DNA of 60,573 nucleotides, filler included. It is 8 parts of 8 records of this genome, joined end to end, with 100 filler letters (N's around TTAATTAATTAA, not from the genome) between each part and the next. Parts side by side here need not be neighbours in the genome. Positions count along the whole stretch, not along the records: positions 19,402 to 27,659 come from SRR31156797_6059; positions 27,760 to 32,986 come from SRR31156797_6067; 6 more parts are not named here. One strand, given 5' to 3'. Position numbers and translations under genes: made by a program. This document shows positions 20,590-32,008 of the stretch, piece by piece (the first letter of the stretch is position 1; each line of letters starts with the position of its first letter). The notes under the pieces are model-generated. The model did not search any database. It worked only from the letters and a program-made list of their open reading frames with translations, and was not told where the DNA came from.

Positions 20590-22033
20590 TAATAGATTCC
20601 TTATAAGTTCTTATTTGATTTGTTCTTCCATATTTGTTTGTTATCTCTTCCCATTTATTGTAAATCGTATCTAAAGACTCTTTTACAGAAAGCTCTTTTT
20701 TTATAGCCTTATTTAAATATTTGTCAAAAACTTCATAATACTCTGAACTGTGTGGTATTTTAATATCTGAAATAACATTATTGTTGTTTAAAGTATTAGA
20801 GATAGTTTTTAAGTAATTCTCAGCTTCTTTTTTTGTAAAACCATTTTCTATCCATTCGTTATATGTTGGTGGTGAAAAATGAGAGAACCTCGATGGATTT
20901 ATTCCTGATTCACCTTTTACAATATATTTTGTTGTTGTCTCTTTTGATGTCATATGTGCTGCAAAATCAAAAGCTTTATCTATATTTTTTGAGTTTTTAT
21001 TTACAACAATTACCCAGTTCCCATTTATAGAAGAGGGTGCATTGTAGAAGTTCTCCCATTGTTTTTTCATACTATTATAAACAAAATTGCTCCCTGGAAG
21101 TTCTGCATATCCAACTTTCCCTTTTACTATGGATTCTTTTGCATTATTTACCATTGTTCCTGTATCTGCCCAATCTAAAGCCATTGCAACTTCACCTGTA
21201 ATAAAACTAATTCTAACTTCTGCTGGAGAATAGTTTATTATATTTGGTGGGGCATATTTCATATCATTGATAAAATTATCTAAAGCTTTTATAAAACCTT
21301 CATTATTTATTAAAGGATTCATTTGATCATCAAAGTAGAATCTATTTATATATGGATATTTTGTGTACGATGCTGCTTTTGTAAAAAACTGAAAAATTGT
21401 ACCATAACCTTTTGTTCTACTCTCTGCAAAACCATATTCTATTTTTCCATCATTATCCCAATCCCAACCATTAAAGAATTTTGCTATATCAATATACTCA
21501 TCCCAAGTTTTTGGAACATCTAACTTATAGCCATATTGCTCTTTAAATAATTTTTTGTATTTTGAATTTTCAAACAAATCTTTTCTATAATATAACATTA
21601 TAGAATCCCCATCATAAGGTAAGAAATAGTACTTTTTATTCCATTTTAAAATATTTTCTTTATATATGGGAAGAACATCATCCCATTGAATTTTTTCTTT
21701 TATGTGATTTGGTATGATTGCAGCATTTTTATCAGATAGTAGTGAGTCACCCCAAGATGAAAAAACAACAAAAATATCATAATTGATTTTGTCATCTTCT
21801 AAAGATTCTTTTATTTTTTTTGTCATGTCTTCCCAACTAGGGGAGATTATGTTTATTTGTGTATGATTTTCTTTTTCAAAAATTTTGGCTTCTTTTTTGA
21901 TTGGACCAGTTATTTTTTTGTCAAAGTTAGGAGTTAAAATATTAAGTTCTGTATATTTTTTTGTGGTTTTGTCTTCACAACCATAAAAAAGGAAGGATAA
22001 AAGAATTATAAAAATAAATATAATTTTTTTCAT
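20582..22033 (-). CDS. Sugar-type extracellular solute-binding lipoprotein
   Basis: Lipobox FYGC; PYDGD, LYYRKDLF and VPKTWDEY motifs; overlaps the kinase start. Confidence 0.88.
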   Translation of the reverse strand: MKKIIFIFIILLSFLFYGCEDKTTKKYTELNILTPNFDKKITGPIKKEAKIFEKENHTQINIISPSWEDMTKKIKESLEDDKINYDIFVVFSSWGDSLLSDKNAAIIPNHIKEKIQWDDVLPIYKENILKWNKKYYFLPYDGDSIMLYYRKDLFENSKYKKLFKEQYGYKLDVPKTWDEYIDIAKFFNGWDWDNDGKIEYGFAESRTKGYGTIFQFFTKAASYTKYPYINRFYFDDQMNPLINNEGFIKALDNFINDMKYAPPNIINYSPAEVRISFITGEVAMALDWADTGTMVNNAKESIVKGKVGYAELPGSNFVYNSMKKQWENFYNAPSSINGNWVIVVNKNSKNIDKAFDFAAHMTSKETTTKYIVKGESGINPSRFSHFSPPTYNEWIENGFTKKEAENYLKTISNTLNNNNVISDIKIPHSSEYYEVFDKYLNKAIKKELSVKESLDTIYNKWEEITNKYGRTNQIRTYKESINE

Positions 22034-22148
22034 AACAAACCCTAATGTTGATAATTATATTTTATATTTATTAAACTTAAAAGAAAAGTATTTATTTTTT
22101 CTAGTAACAAAACCCTTTCTTTTTTTTATAAAAGAAAGAGTTTAGCTG

Positions 22149-22706
22149 TTAAGATAATGCTTCTTTTGCGTATTTTAGTCCAAGGTCAAAGGCTTTGTTG
22201 TTTATATCATGAACTTTTTCTGGAACTTTTGATAGCATTGTTTCTCTAAGTATTTCATTATCGATAGTATTATTTGTCATATGGTTTGCAATTGATAAAG
22301 CAAGAACTGATTGAGTAATAACATTTCCCACTTCTTCTTTTGCAATGGTAATAATTGGAATTTCATAAATATTCCAATTTTCTCTATCTTCATCTGTTGG
22401 TTTAACTAAGTTTGGTTCAATAACTATTGTACCGCCTTTTTTTACACCATTTTTAAATTGATTATATGAAACTTGTGCAACTGAAAGCATAAAATCAATC
22501 TCTCCATCATTTGCATAAGGGTATAAAATAGGATCATCTTCAAGTGTAATATCAACAACAGTAGCTCCGCCTCTAACTTGTGATGTATATGTTGCAGTTT
22601 TTAAACCATAACCACCAGATTTTATTTTTGCTGCTGCAAAAATTGAGCCTGCAAGAAGTACACCTTGTCCACCAACTCCGGTAAATCTCATTAATGTTCT
22701 AGCCAT
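22149..22706 (-). CDS. oorC: 2-oxoglutarate:acceptor oxidoreductase gamma subunit
   Basis: RFTGVGGQGVLLAG and YTSQVRGG motifs. Confidence 0.94.
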   Translation of the reverse strand: MARTLMRFTGVGGQGVLLAGSIFAAAKIKSGGYGLKTATYTSQVRGGATVVDITLEDDPILYPYANDGEIDFMLSVAQVSYNQFKNGVKKGGTIVIEPNLVKPTDEDRENWNIYEIPIITIAKEEVGNVITQSVLALSIANHMTNNTIDNEILRETMLSKVPEKVHDINNKAFDLGLKYAKEALS

Positions 22707-22715
22707 ATCTTCTCC

Positions 22716-23549
22716 TTAAATCTCTACCGTTGTTTTATTTTGGTGGGCTTCTTTTACTTTTTGATACATATCAGTATATTCTTTTGCTTTGGTATCTTGT
22801 TTGATAATTCCAGTTGGGAAAAGCCCTTCTTTTTCTTCATCTTCCATTTTATCGTATTTAGATTTTCCAACAGTAATTGAATCAATCCACTCTAAGTTTG
22901 CCATAGCTGAGTTCATTTTATTTTTTCTTCCAAGATTTACATGGCAGTTTGAAAAAATATCAAAAAATGAATAACCATTATGCTCTAAACCTTTTGTAAA
23001 AACTCTTTCTAGTTTTTTAGGGTCAAGCATTGTTTCTCTTGCTACAAAAGATGCACCAGCTGCAACTGCCAAATCACAAGCATTAAATGTTGGGTCGATA
23101 TTTCCTCTTTTCATAGTAACAGTCCACATACCTTGTGGAGTTGTTGGACTTGTTTGTGAATTCGTAAGACCATAAATAAAGTTGTTAATCACAATATGGT
23201 TTATATCTATATTTCTTCTACATCCATGAATTGTATGATTTCCCCCAATTGCAAGTCCATCTCCATCTCCAGTGATACATATAACTTTTTTATCTGGATT
23301 CGCTAACTTAACTCCAGTTGCATAGGCTATTGTTCTACCGTGTGTAGTATGAATTGTGTTGCAGTTTATATATGAAGAGAATCTTCCTGAACACCCAATT
23401 CCTGATACTACACAAACATCATCCATATTCCAACCTAGTTTGTCAATAGCTCTAATCAGTGCTTTTAAGATAACGCCATCTCCACAACCCCAACACCATA
23501 GTGTTGGCATTTTGTTTGTTCTTAAATATTCATCATAATTAAAAGCCAT
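22716..23549 (-). CDS. oorB: 2-oxoglutarate:ferredoxin oxidoreductase beta subunit
   Basis: WCWGCGDG, SGIGCSGR and GDGD TPP motif. Confidence 0.95.
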   Translation of the reverse strand: MAFNYDEYLRTNKMPTLWCWGCGDGVILKALIRAIDKLGWNMDDVCVVSGIGCSGRFSSYINCNTIHTTHGRTIAYATGVKLANPDKKVICITGDGDGLAIGGNHTIHGCRRNIDINHIVINNFIYGLTNSQTSPTTPQGMWTVTMKRGNIDPTFNACDLAVAAGASFVARETMLDPKKLERVFTKGLEHNGYSFFDIFSNCHVNLGRKNKMNSAMANLEWIDSITVGKSKYDKMEDEEKEGLFPTGIIKQDTKAKEYTDMYQKVKEAHQNKTTVEI

Positions 23550-23550
23550 C

Positions 23551-24681
23551 TTACATTCCTTTCACTTTTTCTATAATCTCTAAAGGAGCAATTGGTCTGC
23601 CATTTGCTTTAAAAAGTGTTGTAAAATCTTTTCTTCCACTTGCTCTTTGTATCTCTTGAATATATTGCCCCATATTTAATTCAGCAACTAAAACTTTGTC
23701 AAATTTTTTACATAACTCTTCTATTTTAGCTTCTGGACTAGGCCATAAAGTGATTGGCCTAAATAAACCAACTTTTATCCCTTCGGCTCTAAGTCTAATA
23801 ATAGCTTCTTTTGCAGAAAGAGCTAAAGAACCATAAGCTATAACCATAATCTTGGCATCATCTAATTTGAACTCTTCATAACTATCAATCTCATCCAAGT
23901 GAGAGTCAACCTTGTTAAATAATCTTTCAATTAAATTTTGACATAAAGTTGCATCTTCTGTTGGGTGTCCATTAAAGTCGTGGTGTAAACCAGTATAATG
24001 ATATCTATATCCTTTAAACATTGGGTTTAATATTGCAGGTTCATCTTTTGGTACATTATAAGGTTCATAATCTTTTGGCTCACCTGTAAATTCTCTTCTA
24101 GGTTTAATAGAAGCTTTTACCTCTTCTAAATCAGGCAAAATCGCTTTTCCGGACATATGTCCAATTGTTTCATCAAGTAGTACAAATACAGGTTGCATAA
24201 ATCTATCTGCAAGGTTAAAAGCTCTTAACACTTCAGTATAACACTCTTCTAAAGTAGTTGCACATAAAGTGATTGATTTAAAATCACCATGAGTTGGAGC
24301 TTTTACTTGATTTACATCTCCTTGTTGAACTCTTGTTGGAAGTCCAGTTGATGGTCCACCTCTCATTACATTTATGATTACAAGTGGTACTTCAGCAATA
24401 TATCCTAAACCAATATTTTCAGCTTTAAGTGAAATTCCAGGTCCTGATGTTGCTGTTAGGGCTCTTTTCCCACTCATTGCTGCACCTAATGCTGCACAAA
24501 TTCCAGCAATTTCATCTTCCATTTGTATTGCTGCACCACCATTTTTAGGAAGTAAATCTGAGATTGTATGCATGATTTCACTAGACGGAGTGATAGGGTA
24601 TCCTCCAAAAAATTCACATCCTGCATCTATTGCTGCAATTGCAGCAAGTTCATTACCTGTTGATATCATCTCTCTTGCCAT
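23551..24681 (-). CDS. oorA: 2-oxoglutarate:ferredoxin oxidoreductase alpha subunit
   Basis: GYPITPSSE, QMEDEI, TATSGPG and RGGPSTGLPT motifs. Confidence 0.95.
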   Translation of the reverse strand: MAREMISTGNELAAIAAIDAGCEFFGGYPITPSSEIMHTISDLLPKNGGAAIQMEDEIAGICAALGAAMSGKRALTATSGPGISLKAENIGLGYIAEVPLVIINVMRGGPSTGLPTRVQQGDVNQVKAPTHGDFKSITLCATTLEECYTEVLRAFNLADRFMQPVFVLLDETIGHMSGKAILPDLEEVKASIKPRREFTGEPKDYEPYNVPKDEPAILNPMFKGYRYHYTGLHHDFNGHPTEDATLCQNLIERLFNKVDSHLDEIDSYEEFKLDDAKIMVIAYGSLALSAKEAIIRLRAEGIKVGLFRPITLWPSPEAKIEELCKKFDKVLVAELNMGQYIQEIQRASGRKDFTTLFKANGRPIAPLEIIEKVKGM

Positions 24682-24690
24682 TAGTCTTCC

Positions 24691-25008
24691 TTACTCACTT
24701 AAAACTCTATAATTGTTGTTTTTTATTGATTCTGCTCTTTGTTTTGCTTCATCTGATAATTTTGCAAATTTAAACTCTTTTCTATCAGCTACATATATTG
24801 CAAAATCAGGACATGAAAGTTCACAATCCGTACATCCTATACATGAATCTTGTGCAATAATTGAAACCATTGCTCCTAAAGTAGAGTGTGGCTCTTGTCG
24901 CATAGCTAAAACTCCGGCAGGACATACTGATACACAAACATCACAGGCTTTACATCTTGATTCGTCAACCCAAACTGGTGTGTTTTCAGGAGCTTTCATT
25001 GTTGACAT
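24691..25008 (-). CDS. oorD: 2-oxoglutarate oxidoreductase delta subunit (2x4Fe-4S)
   Basis: CKACDVCVSVCP and CIGCTDCELSCP motifs. Confidence 0.95.
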   Translation of the reverse strand: MSTMKAPENTPVWVDESRCKACDVCVSVCPAGVLAMRQEPHSTLGAMVSIIAQDSCIGCTDCELSCPDFAIYVADRKEFKFAKLSDEAKQRAESIKNNNYRVLSE

Positions 25009-25285
25009 TATTTCCCCTTAAATCTTTTTAAATTATTTAATTGTTTTATTATCAAATATAATTGAAAAATGATAACTAATAATTTTGTTGAAGTTTATTT
25101 AAATAATAATATGAATAAGGTTAATTTGCATATTGTTACAAATATCAACACAAATAAGTATTAAAAAAAGTAATAAATATCCATAAATATAACAAATAAT
25201 TGAATCATTAGTTTAGAGTACTTTTCTCACTTTATTTAAATGAAATATTGGATATAATCACCAAAATTTATAAAAAGGTATTTTT

Positions 25286-25996
25286 TTGGTTTTATATCAA
25301 CCAAGTAATGGATATTGTTACAATAGTGATACCCATTTTTTATACAATTTTATTGTAGAAAATCTAGTCAAGTTTAAAAACATCAAAGGTGATGTTTTAG
25401 ATATTGGAAGTGGAAGTGGAATATTAGGACTTCTTGTTGCAAGAGAGTATGAAAAACTTAATCTAAACCAATGTGAAGTTCAAAATGTATTTCAAGAGTT
25501 TTCTTCAAGAAATGCAAAATGTAATAATATAGAAGCAACTATGAACAAAGGTTCTTTTTTAGAGATTGAGTTTGAAAAAAGATTTGATATATGTGTATCT
25601 AATCCACCATTTTATCATAGCAATGTAATTAAAAGTGAGAATGAAAATTTAAAAATTGCAAGATATAATGATAGTTTGCCTTTAGATAAATTTATAGCAA
25701 AAACATCAAAAATATTAAAAGAGGGTGGTAAATTCTTTTTTTGTTATGATGTAAAGCAGTTAAAAGATATAGTTAAACTGTTAGAAGAAAATAGATTAAA
25801 TATCGAAGCTTTACAATTTGTTCACCCCAAAAAGCAAAAAGATGCAACACTAGTTTTAGTTTATGCAAGAAAAAACTCTAAGTCTTTACTAAAAGTTTTA
25901 GAGCCTTTAATTGTATTTGATGGTGACGAATTTACGCAAAAAGTGCAAGAGATATATAAAATGAGTTCAACTCACAGTATAAAAGTGGAGATATGA
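25286..25996 (+). CDS. tRNA1(Val) A37 N6-methyltransferase-like SAM methyltransferase
   Basis: LDIGSGSG and SNPPFY motifs. Confidence 0.85.
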   Translation: MVLYQPSNGYCYNSDTHFLYNFIVENLVKFKNIKGDVLDIGSGSGILGLLVAREYEKLNLNQCEVQNVFQEFSSRNAKCNNIEATMNKGSFLEIEFEKRFDICVSNPPFYHSNVIKSENENLKIARYNDSLPLDKFIAKTSKILKEGGKFFFCYDVKQLKDIVKLLEENRLNIEALQFVHPKKQKDATLVLVYARKNSKSLLKVLEPLIVFDGDEFTQKVQEIYKMSSTHSIKVEI

Positions 25997-26373
25997 GTAT
26001 TATAAAAAAAGATGGTTACCCTTACGCTTTTAATCCAAAAGGTTGTGAAACTTGTGCAGGAAACTGTTGTATTGGAGAGAGTGGAAATATTTGGATAAGT
26101 TCTCAAGAAATCACTAAACTTGCTTCATTGTTAGAATTATCAGAAGAAGAAGCAAGAGATGCATTTTTAGAAAAAAGAGGATACAAATATAGTATAAAAG
26201 AGGTAAAACTAGCAGAAGATAATTTTGCTTGTGTATTTTTTGATTTAGAAAAGAAGGGATGTTCTATATATGAAGCTAGACCTATACAATGTAGAACTTT
26301 TCCTTTTTGGGACTATTTCAAAACAAGAGAAGATGAGGTGAAAGAAGAGTGTCCAGCTATTGTAAATCTATAA
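25993..26373 (+). CDS. YkgJ-family cysteine cluster protein
   Basis: CETCAGNCC and CVFFD...CSIYEARPIQCRTFPFW motifs. Confidence 0.9.
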   Translation: MSIIKKDGYPYAFNPKGCETCAGNCCIGESGNIWISSQEITKLASLLELSEEEARDAFLEKRGYKYSIKEVKLAEDNFACVFFDLEKKGCSIYEARPIQCRTFPFWDYFKTREDEVKEECPAIVNL

Positions 26374-27659
26374 TTATTTTTTTAGTGATATTATTTATCA
26401 CAGGTTGTACAACAAATATCAATGAACCTACAGTTGATGCAAATATTCTAAAAAAAGATTTTGAATATAAACCTTTTGCAAGGGAAGATAGATACGTAAT
26501 GTTTGCTTTAGAGTATTTAAAAGAGGGACAACTTGAAGATGCAACTTTTTTATTTGAAAAGCTTTATGAAAATACTTTCAAAGAGGAGTATTTACTTGAA
26601 TATATAAAATTATCTTTTGCTTTAAAAAGATATGATGATGTTATTAAAACTATTGAAGTTAACAGAAGTAAAATTGTAAAATCAGATGAAAATATTTTAA
26701 AAATATATGTACTGTCTTTATTACAAAAAAACAATTTCCAAAAAGTAGAAGAAGAGATTAAAAAGCTTTTAGAAAAAGATAAAAGTGCTTCAAACTATGA
26801 GTTGTTAGGAAATGTTTATATAAAAAAAGCTAACTACAAAAAAGCAAAAGAGATTTTTGAAAATCTGTATGAAGATAATGAATCAGTTCCTGCAATCGTA
26901 AACTTAACAAATATTATGTTTAATTTTACAAATGAAAAAGATGAAGCAATAAATCTTTTAGAGACATATGTCGCAAAAAATGGTTGTGGAGATATTGTTT
27001 GTTCTAAACTATTAGGGTTTTATGAAAAAGAAAAAAATATTGATGGTGTAATTTCCATTTTGAAAAAAACTTATTACTCTTTAAGAGGAAAAGCAAATAA
27101 CCAAACAGTAGAAAAAGTTTATAAGTTATTGATGTTTTATTTAGAAAAGCAAGAACCTCAAGAGTTAATCTCTTTTTTAGAAGAGAGTAGAGCAGATGAC
27201 GATAAACTTTTAAATATTTACAGTAGGGAAAAAGAACATACAAAAGCACTTGCTTTAGCAAAAAAGCTTTATCAAAAAACTTCAAATGTAGATTATATTG
27301 CACAAATTGCTATTATTGAATTTGAAATGGCAGATGATAAAAGAAAAGTATTAAAGAGTGTAATAAAAAAGTTTGAAGATGTTTTAACTGTACTTGATAA
27401 TCATATATACCAAAACTATTTGGGATATATTTTAATAGATTACGATATTGATGTGAAAAGGGGAGTTTCTTTAGTTAATCAAGCTTTAGAAAAAGCACCT
27501 AACAATTTAGCTTATATTGATTCACTTGCATGGGGACAGTATAAATTAAAAGATTGTGATGAAGCATATAAAAATATGAAAGAAGTAGTTGATACTATAG
27601 GATTATCACAAGAAGAGATTAAAATGCATTGGGAAAAAATTAAGGAGTGTAGTAAGTGA
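26349..27659 (+). CDS. TPR-repeat lipoprotein
   Basis: Lipobox ITGC, helical repeats and C-terminal NYLGY...YIDSLAWG TPR. Confidence 0.82.
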   Translation: MSSYCKSIIIFLVILFITGCTTNINEPTVDANILKKDFEYKPFAREDRYVMFALEYLKEGQLEDATFLFEKLYENTFKEEYLLEYIKLSFALKRYDDVIKTIEVNRSKIVKSDENILKIYVLSLLQKNNFQKVEEEIKKLLEKDKSASNYELLGNVYIKKANYKKAKEIFENLYEDNESVPAIVNLTNIMFNFTNEKDEAINLLETYVAKNGCGDIVCSKLLGFYEKEKNIDGVISILKKTYYSLRGKANNQTVEKVYKLLMFYLEKQEPQELISFLEESRADDDKLLNIYSREKEHTKALALAKKLYQKTSNVDYIAQIAIIEFEMADDKRKVLKSVIKKFEDVLTVLDNHIYQNYLGYILIDYDIDVKRGVSLVNQALEKAPNNLAYIDSLAWGQYKLKDCDEAYKNMKEVVDTIGLSQEEIKMHWEKIKECSK

Positions 27660-27759
27660 NNNNNNNNNNNNNNNNNNNNNNNNNNNNNNNNNNNNNNNNN
27701 NNNTTAATTAATTAANNNNNNNNNNNNNNNNNNNNNNNNNNNNNNNNNNNNNNNNNNNN

Positions 27760-28926
27760 ACCGTAAGCAAACATTAATTTTGCACCGTGTGTAATAATAC
27801 CAGCATACTCCTGTCCACTACCAGGTAAGAATCCTGGCACATCAACTAGAGTTAAAATTGGAATATTAAAAGCATCACAGAAACGTACAAATCGAGCACT
27901 CTTACGAGAAGCATCACAATCCAATACCCCTGCTAAAAAGCTTGGTTGGTTTGCTACAACTCCCACAGACTGTCCACCCATACGACAGAAACCTACAATA
28001 ATATTTTTGGCATAGTTTCTATGAACCTCTAAAAATTCGCCATCATCAGCTAATCCGTAAATCACCTCTTTCATATCGTAAGGCTGATTTGGATTATCAG
28101 GAATAATGGTATTTAATTTATCAACCATTCTATCGATAGGATCATCTACTTCTAACAATGGTGGTTCTTCAAGGTTATTTTGAGGTAAGTATGATAATAA
28201 TTTTCTTATCAACATGATACCCTCTTCTTCATTTTCTAATTGAAAATGAGAAACACCTGATTTAGATGCGTGTACTGCAGCACCTCCTAAATCTTCAGTT
28301 GTAATATCCTCGCCTGTAACTGTCTTAACCACCTTAGGACCTGTAACGAACATATAGCTCGAATTTTCGGTCATCATTATAAAGTCAGTTAAAGCAGGAG
28401 AATAAACAGCTCCACCAGCACATGGCCCAAAAATGGCAGAAATTTGAGGAATAACACCAGAAGCTTCAATATTACGCTGGAAGATTTCAGCATAACCGGC
28501 CAATGAAGTAACACCTTCCTGAATACGTGCACCACCACTATCGTTAATTCCGATAACAGGAGCACCTACTTTCATGGCCATATCCATAATTTTACAGATT
28601 TTTTGTGCAAAAGTTTCTGATAAAGAACCTCCTAAAACTGTAAAATCCTGAGCAAATAAATACACTACTCGTCCGTCGATAGTACCATGTCCGGTTACTA
28701 CACCATCTCCTAGAATTTTGTTTTTCTCCATTCCAAAATTCACGCAACGATGCGTAACAAACATATCGAACTCCTCAAAACTACCATCGTCTACAAGCAT
28801 TTCAATACGCTCGCGAGCAGTCATTTTACCCTTGGCATGCTGACCGTCAATTCTTTTTTGACCACCACCTAATTTGGCCTCATTTCTAAGGTCAATTAGT
28901 TTATTAATTTTATCTTGATTTGACAT
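27760..28926 (-). CDS. Acyl-CoA carboxylase beta / methylmalonyl-CoA decarboxylase alpha subunit (3'-truncated)
   Basis: [28 protein letters not shown] and DVPGFLPG motifs; downstream of mce. Confidence 0.93.
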
Positions 28927-28947
28927 GAAATAATACTTTACAATTTA

Positions 28948-29358
28948 TTATTTAGAAGGATCTTCACACAATTCTGTTAATACTCCGAATGTTGATTTTG
29001 GATGTAAGAAACCAATATTTAAACCCTCAGCTCCCTGACGTGGTGTTTTATCAATTACTTTAACTCCTGCTTCCTGAATTGCAATAAGTTGATCTGCCAA
29101 ATTCTCTACTGCAAATGCTACGTGATGAACACCTTCTCCTTTTTTCTCAATGAATTTACCAACCGGCCCCTCTGGATCTGTCGATTCTAAAAGCTCTATT
29201 TTTGTTTGTCCAATCATGAAAAAAGCTGTCTTCACCTTTTGCTCAGCAACTTCTTCTACAGCATAACACTCTAATCCAAATACTTTTTCATAAAAAGGAA
29301 TAGCTTCATCTAAACTTTTAACAGCAATTCCGATGTGCTCAATGTGCGTTGGTTTCAT
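28948..29358 (-). CDS. mce: Methylmalonyl-CoA epimerase
   Basis: IEHIGIAV, GEGVHHVAF and FLHPKSTFGVLTELCE motifs. Confidence 0.95.
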   Translation of the reverse strand: MKPTHIEHIGIAVKSLDEAIPFYEKVFGLECYAVEEVAEQKVKTAFFMIGQTKIELLESTDPEGPVGKFIEKKGEGVHHVAFAVENLADQLIAIQEAGVKVIDKTPRQGAEGLNIGFLHPKSTFGVLTELCEDPSK

Positions 29359-29798
29359 ACTATAATCGATTTTAAATTTATTGTATACTTAAATTGAGCC
29401 ACAAAAATAAAATTAAAAAATGACCTATTCCATGCAATCACCCCAAAAAAAAGATTGTTTTACAACATAAAACACATATCGTGACCAATTAAATATCAAT
29501 ATTTTATAGCACATTTAATTTAAACAGACTAACTTGCTATAATTAGAGAATTATTTCTTTATTAAGCACTTAGCTCAAACCTTCTCTCTTAATTTTGAAC
29601 TTTCTATCTTTTTAGACGATATTAATTCGTAACAATATTGGTTGATTTAATATCATATAACATCATTTTGAGTTTATGTAATTACTATTTATCACACCTC
29701 ATATATCTAACGACTCTTAAATATGAATTCAATCATATAAATAAAGCTGATAATGAACTATTTTAGCAGCTCAATAATAATTTAAAGTAATATCCATC

Positions 29799-31904
29799 AT
29801 GCAAAAACTAACATTATTTTTTCTGGCCATACTAATTATGGCTTCCGCTTGCAAAAATGAAAAATCTATGAGCACAAATCCTTTATTAAGTGAATACAAC
29901 ACTCCTTTTGGTATTGCTCCTTTTGATAAAATTAAACCAGAGCATTATTTACCAGCATTTCAAGCTGCAATTAAAGAACAAAAAGAAAACATTGAAAAAA
30001 TTATTACAAGCGCAGAAGAACCTACCTTTAAGAATACGGTTGAAGCACTTGAATATAGCAGCCCACTTTTAACTAAAGTTAGCAATGTGTTTTATAACCT
30101 TTTAGGTGCAAACACTAATGATTCATTAAAAAACATTGCCAAGGAAGTTGCCCCCATGCTTTCTTCGCTTAATGATGATATTTATTTAAACGAAACATTG
30201 TTTGCGAAAATCAAATCCGTATATGATAAGAAAGATGATTTAGATTTTTCTCAGGAAGAAAAAATGCTTCTTGAAAAAACATATCAGGCATTTGTCAGAG
30301 GAGGCGCTAATTTAGATGAAAAAGCGAAAGAAGAATTTCGCCAAATTAATCAGGAACTATCCGTTTTAACTTTACAATTTGGAGACAATGTGCTTAATGA
30401 AACAAATAGCTACATGCTCATTATTGATAAAGAAGAGGACCTTGCAGGATTAACATCCGGACAAATTGAAGCTGCTGCTAAATTAGCTAAAGAAAAGGGT
30501 CATCCTGGCAAATGGATTTTCACCACACATCGTCCTAGCATTACACCATTCTTACAATACTCTGAAAAAAGAGATTTAAGAGAAAAGTTATTTAAAGCTT
30601 ATATTAACAGAGGAGACAACAACAACGAATTCGACAATAAAGAAAATATTAAGAAGATTGTTTCTCTTCGTGTAAAAAGAGCTCAACTTTTAGGCTATAA
30701 AAACCACGCTGCATTCATCTTGGAGAAAAACATGGCCAAAACGCCTGAAACTGTAAACGAAAAGTTAGCTTTTTTAATGGATAAAGCACTTGTTGTAGCC
30801 AAACAAGAAGCTAAGGATATGCAAGCGTTAATAAAAAAAGAAGGACACAACTTTGATTTAGAAGCTTGGGATTGGTGGTATTATGCTGAAAAAGTAAAAA
30901 AAGAAAAGTATGACCTTGATGAAAATCAAATCAGACCTTATTTTGAACTAAAAAATGTGGTTGACGGCATTCTTTATACTGCCAACCAATTATATGGGCT
31001 TAATTTCGAAAAAAGAACTGATTTACCAGTTCCTCATAAAGATGCAATTTCTTTTGAGGTGAAAGAATCTGATGGATCTCATATTGGTATTTTGTTTATG
31101 GATTTTCACCCAAGAGAAAGTAAAAGAGGTGGAGCATGGATGAACTCTTATCGTAAACAACAAGTATTAAATGGTAAAAACATTAATCCTATCATTACAA
31201 TGGTATGCAATTTTACCAGTCCAACTTCTGACACACCAGCATTACTAAGCTTTGATGAAGTAACTACACTATTTCATGAATTTGGACACGCATTACATGG
31301 TTTACTATCTAAATGTAAATATCATTCTTTATCAGGTACTGCCGTTCCTCGCGATTTCGTTGAATTACCATCTCAAGTAATGGAACATTGGGCAGCTCAG
31401 CCGGAATTATTAAAATACTATGGAAAGCATTACAAAACTAGTGAAGTTATTTCTGATGAATTAATTGAAAAAATTCAAAAGAGTGGCAAATTCAATCAAG
31501 GGTTTGCAACTACAGAATACTTAGCCGCCGCTATTCTTGATATGGATTACCATACTTTAACCAATCCTAATTTGGATGATGTAAACGCCTTCGAAGCACA
31601 ATCAATCAAGAAAATGAAACTAATACCTGAAATCGTATTACGTTACAGAAGCTCTTATTTTAACCATGTATTTTCGGGAGGATATTCTGCAGGTTATTAC
31701 GCCTACATTTGGTCTGCAATTCTTGATTCTGATGCATTCCAGGCTTTTAGAGAAAATGGAATCTTTGATAAAGAAACGGCATCTAAATTTAGACATAACG
31801 TATTAGAGAAAGGTGGCACAGAAGATCCGATGAAATTATATAAAGATTTTAGAGGTTCTGAACCGGATGAAAATGCGCTTTTAAAAGACAGGGGGTTGAT
31901 ATAA
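29799..31904 (+). CDS. dcp: M3 family peptidase (peptidyl-dipeptidase Dcp-like), lipoprotein
   Basis: FHEFGHALH, DFVELPSQ and GGYSAGYY motifs; lipobox ASAC. Confidence 0.93.
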   Translation: MQKLTLFFLAILIMASACKNEKSMSTNPLLSEYNTPFGIAPFDKIKPEHYLPAFQAAIKEQKENIEKIITSAEEPTFKNTVEALEYSSPLLTKVSNVFYNLLGANTNDSLKNIAKEVAPMLSSLNDDIYLNETLFAKIKSVYDKKDDLDFSQEEKMLLEKTYQAFVRGGANLDEKAKEEFRQINQELSVLTLQFGDNVLNETNSYMLIIDKEEDLAGLTSGQIEAAAKLAKEKGHPGKWIFTTHRPSITPFLQYSEKRDLREKLFKAYINRGDNNNEFDNKENIKKIVSLRVKRAQLLGYKNHAAFILEKNMAKTPETVNEKLAFLMDKALVVAKQEAKDMQALIKKEGHNFDLEAWDWWYYAEKVKKEKYDLDENQIRPYFELKNVVDGILYTANQLYGLNFEKRTDLPVPHKDAISFEVKESDGSHIGILFMDFHPRESKRGGAWMNSYRKQQVLNGKNINPIITMVCNFTSPTSDTPALLSFDEVTTLFHEFGHALHGLLSKCKYHSLSGTAVPRDFVELPSQVMEHWAAQPELLKYYGKHYKTSEVISDELIEKIQKSGKFNQGFATTEYLAAAILDMDYHTLTNPNLDDVNAFEAQSIKKMKLIPEIVLRYRSSYFNHVFSGGYSAGYYAYIWSAILDSDAFQAFRENGIFDKETASKFRHNVLEKGGTEDPMKLYKDFRGSEPDENALLKDRGLI

Positions 31905-31952
31905 ACTTTTAAGAAGAAAGCAAGGAATAATATTTTGCTTTAGACAATAACA

Positions 31953-31990
31953 AACCGAGGGATTATTAAAGTTAGTTCCTCGGTTTTATT
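31953..31990 (+). terminator. Intrinsic terminator after dcp
   Basis: AAACCGAGG...CCTCGGTTTT inverted repeat. Confidence 0.7.
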
Positions 31991-32008
31991 ATTATCCTAA
32001 TATGATTT

